The notes under the pieces: model-generated
Database searches by the model: none
What the model saw: the letters and a program-made list of their open reading frames with translations, nothing else
Told to the model about the DNA's origin: nothing
Translations under genes and position numbers: made by a program
Shown here: positions 18,405 to 28,100 of the stretch, one piece after another
How the letters are laid out: every line of letters starts with the position of its first letter
Numbering within the stretch: the stretch's first letter is position 1
Source: Flavobacteriales bacterium
GTDB taxonomy: Bacteria; Bacteroidota; Bacteroidia; Flavobacteriales_D; Crocinitomicaceae
Direction of reading: 5' to 3'
Length of the DNA stretch: 64,000 nt
NCBI GenBank assembly: GCA_046070685.1
Contig: JBJTMU010000010.1
Span: forward strand, 18,480 to 82,479

Positions 18405-20558
18405 TTATTGTTTGGTATATTGGATGAGGTAGGAACCAAGGATGGTTGTGATGGAGTAGGCGTTAGTACCGAATGGACTTACCTGTATTTTTGTTTCTCC
18501 ATGACGTTCATTTTGGTCGCTATCTCGTCCGAGTTGATCGAATATAAATAATTCATTTTCAAGTGCATCAAGTACGCAAATAATAGGGGTCCCATTTTTC
18601 GAATTTTTGATGCTGATGGAACTGATTTCTTGCGCTGAAATGGTTTTTTCCCAGCGTATTTTCCCGGTAAGTTGATAAGCATATAATTCTTTTCCTCTCG
18701 TCAGTAAGAACACCAATTCTTTGTTTATTAAGTACGAACCTTGGAGTTTAACGTTGCTTTTGACGTTAAATTGTGAAGCTTTTCCATTTTTCAAATAGCT
18801 CAGACTACCATTTTTAATGGAAACAGGTAGTAATTCATTGCCTGTATTCACCAAATTGAATGTTGAGTCGATCGAAATTTTTGAAATTGTTTTTCGTTTT
18901 TCCAAATCGATGGTGTAATACATAGAATTAGTTAGGATGCCTAGCAATGGTTTTTTTGCTTTCGAGGTAACCTCCAATTGCTTGATGTCCCCTTGAACAG
19001 TAAATGGTTTTACAACGCTACCTTTGTCATTTAACAATTGCACAGAATGAGCTGAATTCGCTACAATGAATTCCAATTTATTTTTGAAAAAATAGGCGTT
19101 AGGCCTTACATGTGCGTCATTGGTCATACGGAACACAAGACGTCCTGTTTTATCAAATAGTTGGACTTCATTTGAAAATTGAACAGCGATAAAGGATTGA
19201 CCTACTTCAATCAAGTCCATTGAAAGTACTTCTTGAGAACAAGTTTTCTCCCATTTTTTCAAGCCATTAATGTAACCAACAAGTTTGTTTTTGTCTGTGT
19301 AGGCAATGACATTTCCTCGTTCAGGAAACGCAGCAAAATCCATTACACGTTCACCCGGATTCATCACAAAATAATCTTTCGTTTTTTGGGTGTCATTTTT
19401 TTCGACAACGTCAATTAAACGACAACTTGTTTCCAGGATTTTATTTCCATAAATGCTGATGGAAAGTTGACCTTTTCTTGATATTTGGCGCGAGGCAACT
19501 TTTTGAGGAAGTGATCCATAAATAAGCTTCATACGTTTTTCATCCTGCGAAAGCGTGTTGGCTAAATCGGCTTCTGAAATGACAAAATCGACCAGTTCTT
19601 TGGAGGATGAAACAACAGCTAATCCATTAGATATACTGATAAAAAGTTCAGGAGTTTGTTTACCTAAAATGGAAGAAAAAGATAATTTATTGTACACTTC
19701 ATTTTCTTCGTTACTCCCTTCTATTTGAAGGAGTTCATTCAGATTTTCTATTGGACTATTTTCTTCTTCATAGTCAAAAATGGCTGCTGAATTGGAATCT
19801 TTCGTGATAAATACAATGCCGTTCGCAATCATGTTTTTGGCAAATGGAGAACTGGCGAAAACAGGATCAATATGGGACAAATACGCGGTTTCGTAAAAGG
19901 CATACGAATCAATCATCGTAGGAATAAAAGGTGAAAAAATGCGTCGATCGTCAACTGCCTTAATGTGATTTTTCGAAATATAGCTTTTCGTATAGGAGTA
20001 AATTCGACCACTTTTTATATACATATCACTGATTCGAACCTTGGATTTATCTTTATGCAGAGAAATTTTGCTGAGGCTGGATTTATTGTCGAGTTGAAAG
20101 CTATTTGATAAAGGTGTATCTAACTCTCCATCATAAATTAATAGTTGATTTCCTTTATAAATCCCGTGTAATTTTCCATACTCAAAGGAGTTCAAGTCAC
20201 CGAGTTCCATTGGAAATAATCCATCTTTGAAAAGCGATTGGATTTCTCGTTTGTCCCATGATGTTCTTTTTTCAATGAGAAACAACATGCGTTTTGAACT
20301 AAAAATAAACGACGCTGGCTCTTTCATTCGTTGTTCGACCGATGAATAGATCGATTGATTCAGTGAAAGTGTTTGAATGCTGTGATCTGTCCAATTCACC
20401 TCTTCTGGGTGATGAATGGCCCAAATGAATCCATCCTTCTCATTAAAGTATGACCTAAAATCCTGGGCATTTTCTTTATGTAATAAGTTGTAGGAGACAA
20501 ATGCAATCCAAGAAAAAGCAAAGATGCCGAAAAGTACAAGAAAGATGCGTTTCATCAT
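18405..20558 (-). CDS. Hypothetical membrane-anchored protein (717 aa), beta-rich C-terminal half
   Basis: Single N-terminal TM (IFLVLFGIFAFSWIAFVSY). I recognise no family motif. Its stop is 3 nt from the start of the OmpA-family gene. Confidence 0.5.
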   Translation of the reverse strand: MMKRIFLVLFGIFAFSWIAFVSYNLLHKENAQDFRSYFNEKDGFIWAIHHPEEVNWTDHSIQTLSLNQSIYSSVEQRMKEPASFIFSSKRMLFLIEKRTSWDKREIQSLFKDGLFPMELGDLNSFEYGKLHGIYKGNQLLIYDGELDTPLSNSFQLDNKSSLSKISLHKDKSKVRISDMYIKSGRIYSYTKSYISKNHIKAVDDRRIFSPFIPTMIDSYAFYETAYLSHIDPVFASSPFAKNMIANGIVFITKDSNSAAIFDYEEENSPIENLNELLQIEGSNEENEVYNKLSFSSILGKQTPELFISISNGLAVVSSSKELVDFVISEADLANTLSQDEKRMKLIYGSLPQKVASRQISRKGQLSISIYGNKILETSCRLIDVVEKNDTQKTKDYFVMNPGERVMDFAAFPERGNVIAYTDKNKLVGYINGLKKWEKTCSQEVLSMDLIEVGQSFIAVQFSNEVQLFDKTGRLVFRMTNDAHVRPNAYFFKNKLEFIVANSAHSVQLLNDKGSVVKPFTVQGDIKQLEVTSKAKKPLLGILTNSMYYTIDLEKRKTISKISIDSTFNLVNTGNELLPVSIKNGSLSYLKNGKASQFNVKSNVKLQGSYLINKELVFLLTRGKELYAYQLTGKIRWEKTISAQEISSISIKNSKNGTPIICVLDALENELFIFDQLGRDSDQNERHGETKIQVSPFGTNAYSITTILGSYLIQYTKQ

Positions 20559-20572
20559 AATGTGAATTTGTT

Positions 20573-20580
20573 CAAAAATA
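20573..20580 (-). promoter_or_regulatory. Candidate -7 box TATTTTTG for the 717-aa/OmpA operon
   Basis: Plus-strand CAAAAATA is an exact TAnnTTTG on the minus strand, 14 nt upstream of the ATG at 20558. Confidence 0.35.
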
Positions 20581-20637
20581 GAAGGAATTCAGCGCCAGAT
20601 GAACGAGGTATGTCGATTTAAATTAACAGAAGAATGT

Positions 20638-21258
20638 TTAATCGAATAAATCAAGTTGACTCTTGTCTGCAAGTAATTGAAATGTCATTCTGTGATAAGG
20701 ACTTGGGCCAAATTCTTCAATTCCTGTGCGGTGTTCTTTCGTTGGATAGCCTTTATTCTTTTTCCACTGATAGTAAGGGAATTCGGCGTGTAATGCTAAC
20801 ATGATGGCATCGCGTTCTGTTTTGGCTAAAATGGAAGCTGCGGCAATGGATTGGTATTTTGCATCGCCTTTCACAATACATGCATGTGGAATGCCAGGAT
20901 ATGGGTTAAATCTATTTCCATCGATTAGGAGAAATTCTGGTTTTTGTTTCAGTTGATCCACTGCCCGATGCATGGCGAGAAAACTGGCATTTAAAATGTT
21001 TATTTCGTCTATTTCCTCATGTGAAACGATGCCAATGCCATACGCAAGTGACTCTTTCATAATCTGATCCCGTAAAATAAGTCTATTTTTCTCGTTTAGT
21101 TGTTTGGAATCGTTCAGCGCAGAAATTGGATTTTTGATATCTAAAATCACGGCAGCCGCAACGACAGGACCACTTAGGCAACCGCGACCAGCTTCATCAC
21201 AACCACATTCTAATTGACCTAACTGGTAGTATGTTAATAAATTTGACATTGGATTCAA
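20638..21258 (-). CDS. rnhB: Ribonuclease HII
   Basis: Catalytic motif [20 protein letters not shown], then IDGN and ASILAK motifs. 206 aa. Confidence 0.92.
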   Translation of the reverse strand: MNPMSNLLTYYQLGQLECGCDEAGRGCLSGPVVAAAVILDIKNPISALNDSKQLNEKNRLILRDQIMKESLAYGIGIVSHEEIDEINILNASFLAMHRAVDQLKQKPEFLLIDGNRFNPYPGIPHACIVKGDAKYQSIAAASILAKTERDAIMLALHAEFPYYQWKKNKGYPTKEHRTGIEEFGPSPYHRMTFQLLADKSQLDLFD

Positions 21259-21308
21259 AATTGCAAAATATTTTGTAGATTAGCACATAAGATTTAAACC
21301 GTCGCGCT

Positions 21309-21680
21309 ATGAAACATGTCTTTTTTGCCGTCCTTTTCTTTTTAACAGGATCAATTTCTATTGCTCAAACTGCAAATACAGCAAGTTGTTCATCAACGAA
21401 AAATGTAAAAGAGGGCGTTCTTTCCGGAAATATTGAAGTGATATTACCGAGTCAATTAAGTCCGGAAGATGTGGCAAGTTATGCGAAGTATTACGAGCCT
21501 TTTTTCTTCGTGGATTTCAATTCAAAAAATCACATTGCAACGTTTCAGATGGTTTCGAATACACCTGAATCTCGCCGTGTCATTTTGCGATTTTTATCTG
21601 CTAATCAAATTCAAACAGTAATTGTAGAAGGTAAGTCATACCAATTACAAGATTTTTATCAAACATTTTTAGAAAAGTGA
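21309..21680 (+). CDS. Hypothetical exported protein (123 aa)
   Basis: Signal peptide MKHVFFAVLFFLTGSISIAQ. No recognised motif. Its TGA stop overlaps the GTG start of the next gene (GTGA). Confidence 0.45.
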   Translation: MKHVFFAVLFFLTGSISIAQTANTASCSSTKNVKEGVLSGNIEVILPSQLSPEDVASYAKYYEPFFFVDFNSKNHIATFQMVSNTPESRRVILRFLSANQIQTVIVEGKSYQLQDFYQTFLEK

Positions 21681-22162
21681 AAAGAATAGTTGCGTCAGTT
21701 TTAGGTTTAGGCCTTATTTTACAAAGTTGTGGTTCTCAAAAAGAGGCGTTTAAACACTATGGCCCTACGTCAGTTGATATGTCCAAAGCGATAAGTATGG
21801 ATGAAATGGTGAAGCAGTTTAATCAGAATCCGCAGCAAGATACGTTTACTTTTTCAGCACCAATTGTGAATGTTTGTCAAAGTGCTGGTTGTTGGGTGAA
21901 TGTGAAAAAGACAGATGGCGATTTAATGCGTATTCGTTTTAAAGATCATTTTGGCATTCCTCCAAAAACAGAAACTGGGAATGTGGCTTATTTTCATGGA
22001 ACGGCTTATTATGATACAATTTCTGTTCAGCTTCAAAAACATTTTCTAGAGGATGCGCATGCACCACAATCAGAAATCGATAAAATTGTTTCTCCGAGAA
22101 TTGAGTTGAATTTTCTTTCTGATGGAGTACTTATCCCTTCTTCTTCCTCAAAACAAAAATAA
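21677..22162 (+). CDS. DUF4920-like lipoprotein
   Basis: Lipobox ILQSC. Motifs CQSAGCWVNVK and RIRFKDHFGIP resemble the DUF4920 family as I recall it. Confidence 0.5.
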   Translation: MKRIVASVLGLGLILQSCGSQKEAFKHYGPTSVDMSKAISMDEMVKQFNQNPQQDTFTFSAPIVNVCQSAGCWVNVKKTDGDLMRIRFKDHFGIPPKTETGNVAYFHGTAYYDTISVQLQKHFLEDAHAPQSEIDKIVSPRIELNFLSDGVLIPSSSSKQK

Positions 22163-22284
22163 CAACGCTTATTGAGACTAAGTGAATGATGATTTCTAGC
22201 CAAATCGATTTGGAAAGAAAAATAGCCATCATATTCACTGGTATGAGCACAATAGCAAGTAGATGAAATCTACCTTGTAATTCT

Positions 22285-22854
22285 TTATCTGAAATCATAA
22301 ATTCCTTTTGGTGTAAAACACATGTGTAAGGGCACATCGTCCTTATTGAGGTCTTCTATTGCTGTAAATTCATCGAATAGATGTAAGCCGATAAAAAGAC
22401 AGTCTGGTCGACAGTTCGACAGGAGTCGGTCGTAAAATCCTTTTCCGTAACCTACACGATGACCACGACCATCAATTGCTAAGAGAGGAACAAAGACAAA
22501 ATCTAAACGATTTGCATCTATTAATTGTCCTGATTTCGGCTCTGGAATTCCGAATGAAGATAATTCCAATTGATTCGAGTTTTCATAGAGAAAAAGACTC
22601 AGACTGTGATCAGCAAAGTTTGATTTAGATAAAACGGGAGAACCACCATTCAACACAATCTCTTCCAGTAAACCGTATGTGTTGATTTCATGTTGCTTTT
22701 CAATGGGTAAAAAAAGACTAACATATTTTCCCTTAAATGAAAAAGAATCCATCACAAGTGTTTGAACTTGTGATGAGATTCTTGTTATTTCATAAGAACT
22801 TAGGCTTGTTCTTTTCTCCTTAAATAAGGTTCTGATCTCAGATTTGAGCATCAA
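22285..22854 (-). CDS. 5-formyltetrahydrofolate cyclo-ligase
   Basis: Motif VFVPLLAIDGRGHRVGYGKGFYDRLL and a size of 189 aa are typical of MTHFS/YgfA. Confidence 0.85.
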   Translation of the reverse strand: MMLKSEIRTLFKEKRTSLSSYEITRISSQVQTLVMDSFSFKGKYVSLFLPIEKQHEINTYGLLEEIVLNGGSPVLSKSNFADHSLSLFLYENSNQLELSSFGIPEPKSGQLIDANRLDFVFVPLLAIDGRGHRVGYGKGFYDRLLSNCRPDCLFIGLHLFDEFTAIEDLNKDDVPLHMCFTPKGIYDFR

Positions 22855-22870
22855 AATGCGGTTAAAATGA

Positions 22871-25102
22871 TTACATACGTAATCTTAACTCGTTTAATTT
22901 ACGATTGTCAATCACTTCAGCTTTCTTTCTTAGGGCACCAATAACTTGTCCTTGGAATGAACCTTTTAGTGTTTTGGTCATTTCATCTTTTTCTACTTTG
23001 AAAACAGTAGAAGCAGGAGCTTTTGTTGTTTTCATGATTTGAATCATATAAACACCACTTTTACCTTTTAATGGCAATGTTCTTTTTCCATTTTTCATCA
23101 CTGAAGAGAACAACATACCGATGATTTCTGGCTCATATCCAACATTGGCAATTTGTGGATTTGCAAAAGTGATTTCAGCTGTTTGAACCATTAGGTTACA
23201 TTTTTTCGCTACGGATTTCAATGAATTGCCTTTGGACATTTGATTCATGAAACGTTTCGCTTTTTTCTCTGTAATTAATTCACGTTCCAATTCTGCCTTC
23301 ACATTTTCATATGTTGGTTCACCTTCTTCTTTGATTGAAGTAACCATTCCAATTACATATTTGTCTTTATCCTTGATTGGATAAGTGGTTAATGAACCAA
23401 CTTCTACACCATCACTATAGGCTAATTCTAAAATTTTATCGGCAGCCATAGTTGTCATAAATCCATAAGCTTTCGGCGCTCTGTCTTCTAATAAAATAGA
23501 ACGGGAAACATAATTTGCTTGACGAACAATGGTATCGAACACGCTCACTTTTTTAAGGATATCCGTTGTTTTACCAACTTTTCTGTCCAATTTATAAAGG
23601 ATATTGTTGATCTCACTTTCTTTGTTGCTGATCGTTTCCTCTGATGCTTTAAATTGTTTTGAAATAGAAACCAATACCGGTAATTTAGAAGCATCTCTTT
23701 CCATTACTTCCACAATGTGGAATCCAAATTCTGTTTTTACAACACCAAATTTGTTTAATGGAGCTGTTGCACAATATGAACCGAATTCTGGAACCATGTC
23801 TCCTTCAAGGAAATTATCAATAACACCACCGGTCTTTTTAGATTGCGTATCATCAGAAAATTTATCAGAAAGTGCCGTAAAGTTTTCTTTGTTAATGATT
23901 TTCAATAAGCTATCAGCTGTTTTGCGTTTTGCTTCAATTACTTTAGCATCTTTCGTACCGTTAGTTGACAACAAGATATGTCTTGCTTTCAAACGAGAAG
24001 GCGTGAATCCAATGACTTTGGAAATCACCATGTTTTCTTTCATTGAATACGGTCCAACGACTTGTCCAACACTTGCCAATTTAAAGATAGTATCGTAAGA
24101 ATTTGGATAAGTTTGGTATTGATTCGCTTTTGGATTTCCTTCAGGAACAGCTGTTGAACGTTTGCTGTTGAAGTAAATTTTCACATCACTATTACGTAAA
24201 ACATACAATGAATCGTTTGTGGAGGTAATGAATCCAGCTTTTAATTCATTCAATAACTTGTTCATTTTAGTTGTATCTGCTTTAGATGGAGCAACAACCA
24301 CATCAAAAACTTTCACTTCTCTTGATGAAGAACGAATGGCATATTTTTTATCTCCCTTATGCTCATCGTAGTACGCTTTAATTTCACTCTCCGAAACTTT
24401 TACATCTGCATCAGCAATATCAGAATAAGGTCTAAAAACGAATGAAATGGATTTTGTTTCTTTGGAAGAATAGTATTTATCTTCTGCTTCTAAATTTGTA
24501 ACGTAAGCTGCTTGATCCAATAAACCAAAATATTTTTCACGTTTTCTTGTATCAGTGTAATATTGCTTCGTGCCATTCCACTGCTGAACTGCTTGTGGTT
24601 CTTTACTTGTTTTTAACTTGTTTAAAGTGGTTTGAAGTTTTTTTCTACCTTCCACCATTGACTGAGGCGAAATAGCACCAGTTGTTGAGTCAACAAAAAA
24701 TTGATTCAAGTCTTGAATGATGTTAAAACCATCAGTAGCCATTAAATAGGCATTGAATTCGCGCTCTGAAACAGAAATACCTAAGGCATTATATTCTTTA
24801 CTTAAAATGGTAGAATCTACTAAATAATTCCAACTATTGTCGTTCGCAGTCTCCATATCTGCATCCGTAAACTCCTTGTTGTTTTGCATGGCTTGATTTC
24901 TGCCTTGCTCCTGGAATTTAGCACTTGCCATGTTGTAATCTTTTGGATCTACTTTCTCTCCATAGACTGTACCTATTCCATATTGACCTTCGTTGATACC
25001 TAATAAATGTTGGTAATCAGATAAGATAAACGTTGCTAATGCAAGACCTACAATTCCAACTAATAAACCAGATTTCTTACGAATTTTTCCAATAATTGCC
25101 AT
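22871..25102 (-). CDS. PpiD-like periplasmic peptidyl-prolyl isomerase/chaperone
   Basis: N-terminal TM anchor, SurA-N-like region, and a parvulin domain (ARHILL...GGVIDNF...FGFHIVEV). Confidence 0.8.
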   Translation of the reverse strand: MAIIGKIRKKSGLLVGIVGLALATFILSDYQHLLGINEGQYGIGTVYGEKVDPKDYNMASAKFQEQGRNQAMQNNKEFTDADMETANDNSWNYLVDSTILSKEYNALGISVSEREFNAYLMATDGFNIIQDLNQFFVDSTTGAISPQSMVEGRKKLQTTLNKLKTSKEPQAVQQWNGTKQYYTDTRKREKYFGLLDQAAYVTNLEAEDKYYSSKETKSISFVFRPYSDIADADVKVSESEIKAYYDEHKGDKKYAIRSSSREVKVFDVVVAPSKADTTKMNKLLNELKAGFITSTNDSLYVLRNSDVKIYFNSKRSTAVPEGNPKANQYQTYPNSYDTIFKLASVGQVVGPYSMKENMVISKVIGFTPSRLKARHILLSTNGTKDAKVIEAKRKTADSLLKIINKENFTALSDKFSDDTQSKKTGGVIDNFLEGDMVPEFGSYCATAPLNKFGVVKTEFGFHIVEVMERDASKLPVLVSISKQFKASEETISNKESEINNILYKLDRKVGKTTDILKKVSVFDTIVRQANYVSRSILLEDRAPKAYGFMTTMAADKILELAYSDGVEVGSLTTYPIKDKDKYVIGMVTSIKEEGEPTYENVKAELERELITEKKAKRFMNQMSKGNSLKSVAKKCNLMVQTAEITFANPQIANVGYEPEIIGMLFSSVMKNGKRTLPLKGKSGVYMIQIMKTTKAPASTVFKVEKDEMTKTLKGSFQGQVIGALRKKAEVIDNRKLNELRLRM

Positions 25103-25164
25103 TTCACTAAATTTTAAGATTGCGAATATAGCAAGAATAGATGAAAATTGCTACTATTTCCAAT

Positions 25165-25189
25165 AAAAAAGGAGGCTTATTTGCCTCCT
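25165..25189 (-). terminator. Intrinsic terminator whose loop contains the stop codon of the giant gene
   Basis: Stem AGGAGGC / GCCTCCT (25170-25176 / 25183-25189). The loop contains TTA (the TAA stop at 25177-25179). A T6 run follows on the minus strand. Confidence 0.7.
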
Positions 25190-28100
25190 CCTTTTTGTGG
25201 TGTTCCTCCTTTCGGAGCAATTGGATTTGGTGGGTTTGGTGAGCTCTGCTGAACAGGTGACGGATTATTCACTCCTCCACCAGCAGGTTTGGTTGTTGTA
25301 GGAGTCGGCGTAACTGTTGGTTTTGCCTGACTCGGAGTCGGTGTGGTCGTTGGTCGTGCCGGCTGTACAGGCCTAGCCTGAGGTGATGTTTGTGCCGGTC
25401 TATTAGTCGGAGTTGTTTGAACAGGAGCAGGTTGTGTTTGAACAGGTTTTTGCTGAACTGGTCGATTCTGATTGGTCTGATTATTATTGGTTTTGTATTG
25501 ACTTGGTTGTTGATTCTGTTGAATCATTCCATCTGAATTTCCACTTCCTGAACCGCCTCCATTTTGACTTCCGTCGTCGTATGTAATCACGTACGATTTC
25601 GTATCAATACCGCATGAACTAGTTGCCGTGATTTGAATCGTATTCATGCCAACTGCTAAATTTAACGTTGCTGAAATGTTTCCATTTGAATTCCCAAATG
25701 TGCTAATTTCCATTCCATTCAATAACAACTGGATGCTTGTACTCGGTGCATAGTTGGTAACACTCGATGTAAAGGATAAATTGTTGGTGTTTACGGTACT
25801 ACCAGATGCCGGATCTGTTGTGATTGTTATCACTGGTGGAATGCAACTTTGATAGCGAATTGTTCTTAGTTGAGATGCGGTTCCGCACGCATTTGTTGCC
25901 GTAAGGACAATTTCATCTACGCCTTCTGGTAAATTTAACGTGGCGGTAAAGGATCCGTTGCTGAAATTGAAATTGTTGACTGGAACTCCCGCAACTGTCA
26001 AGTTGATGCCTTGCGTATTTGACATATTTTGTATGTTCGCTTGGAAAGGGAAAATAGGACTATTTACTCCGTAGAATAAGTCCACAGGATTGATGATGGT
26101 AACCACGGGTGGAACACACTGATCTAAGATGATTGTCGTTGTCTCATTCGCTGATCCACAGGCGTTTTGCGCTGATAAAACAAGTTGATTTAGCCCATTT
26201 GCTAAGTTTAACATGGCGGAAATTTGTCCATTCATGAAACTAGCATTTGGAATGATATTTCCATTTAAGGTTAAACTGATTCCTTGTCCACTTCCCATAT
26301 TTTGAATACTTCCAGAGAAGGAATAATTGGCATTCGTTACCGACGTATTCGTGGAGGATGGATTCGTGATGTTAACAACTGGAGTCAGACATGCTTCATA
26401 TTTGATATAGGCAAATTTACTATCTGATCCACAGGTATTTGTAACGCTTAGATTGATTTCATTGTTGCCATTTGTCAAGTTCAACGTAGCCGTTAACTGA
26501 CCATTTTGCAGGTTGAAATTAGTAATCGCCTGTCCATTTAAACTTAGATTAATTTGTTGTGCGGTCACTTGTTGAACGCTTGCTTCGAAAACAAATGTAC
26601 TTGAACTAACCGTTAACGCGTTGTTGGATGGATTTGTGATCTGAACTTGCGGTGCAATACACGGATTATAGGAAATATTGATCGTTTTACTATCTGTTCC
26701 ACAAGATCCATTCGCACTGATCGTAACACTATTATTTCCGTTCGATAATGGTAAATTAACACTAACGAGTCCAGTAGTCGAATTAAACTGAACGTTGTTT
26801 AAAGGAACGCCATTTAAGGTAACACTTAATCCTTGTGCATTCGTCATGTTTTGAACACTTGCTGTGAACGCAACTGAATTGGTGTTTGCAATGTAATTTG
26901 TTCCGGTTGGATTGGTGATTGTGAAAATTGGTGCATTACATGGTTCATAACGAATCACTCTGCTCTGCGCATCGTTTCCACACGCATTTGTTGCCGTTAA
27001 CACAATCGTATTCATGCCATTTGACAAGGTGATATCCGCACTGAACTGCCCATTGTTATAGCTGAAATTAGAAATGGAATTTCCATTTAAACTTAAACTA
27101 ATTCCTTGACTATTGGACATATTAGAAATGGTCCCTTGAATGTGAATGAGTGGGTTCGAAACACCATAATTTGTATTGGCTGGATCAGAGATATTTACTT
27201 GAGGTGCCGAACAAGGATTATAGGTTAAGACTTGTGTTTTGGAATCAGAACCACAGGCATTTGTCGCGCTTAAAACAAATGTATTCAATCCGGATGTTAA
27301 ATTCACTGTCGCAGAAATCTGTCCGTTCGAATAGGTGAAATTGTTAACGACAGTTCCATTTAGCGTGAGATTCACTCCTTGGGCACTGGTCAATTGTTGA
27401 ACAGCTCCTTGGAATAAATAGGTTGCATTATTGACTGTTGTTGTTCCATTGGATGGATTGATTATCTGAACAGAAGGCGGTGTGCAATTCAAATAAGTAA
27501 CAGTCGATGTTTTCATATCTGATCCGCATGCATTGCTCACGGTTAAAACGAATGTATTCATTCCTGAGGATAGGCTAACATTAGCCGAAACTGTACCATT
27601 TGAATAAGTGAAATTGGTGATCGCGTTTCCATTTAAACTTAAGAGAATTCCTTGTCCGCTGGTGATGTGCTGAATATTCGCAGAATACGTATAGCTCGCT
27701 GTTGAAACTGAACTTGCGTTAATGGATGGATTCGTCACAGTAATCACTGGGGCCACACAATTGTTATAGAAAATAGTGATCGTTTTAATATCAGTACCAC
27801 ACGCATTTGTTGCTTTTAATACGAGTGTATTTAAGCCATTTTGTAAATTGATGTTGGCAGAAAGATTTCCATTATTATATGAAAGGTTAGTAATAGCTGT
27901 TCCATTCAAGGTGAACAATATTCCTTGCGTAGAGGAAATGTTTTGAATACTCGCTTGGAAAGAATAGTTTGCCGTGTTTACGGATATACCGCTATTACTT
28001 GGATTGGTAATCGTTATACTTGGAGCAGTGCACGGCGTAAATGTTACATCCCAATGGTGCTGATCTGAACCACAGTTGTTGGCAACGGATAAGACCAAGG

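Noticed and set aside
22131-22337. 68-aa ORF (or 55 aa from Met14) with two hydrophobic helices. It overlaps the 3' ends of both the cyclo-ligase gene and the convergent DUF4920-like gene.
   Set aside because: It overlaps two well-supported genes at once, has no promoter box or family motif, and its hydrophobicity can arise from the AT-rich antisense sequence. It cannot be supported without expression data.
25180-25575. C-terminal 132 aa of the giant protein considered as a cryptic T9SS sorting domain.
   Set aside because: It is Pro/Thr/Gln/Gly low complexity with no beta-strand pattern. It has none of the PNP...GxY motifs seen in the four real CTDs in this window.
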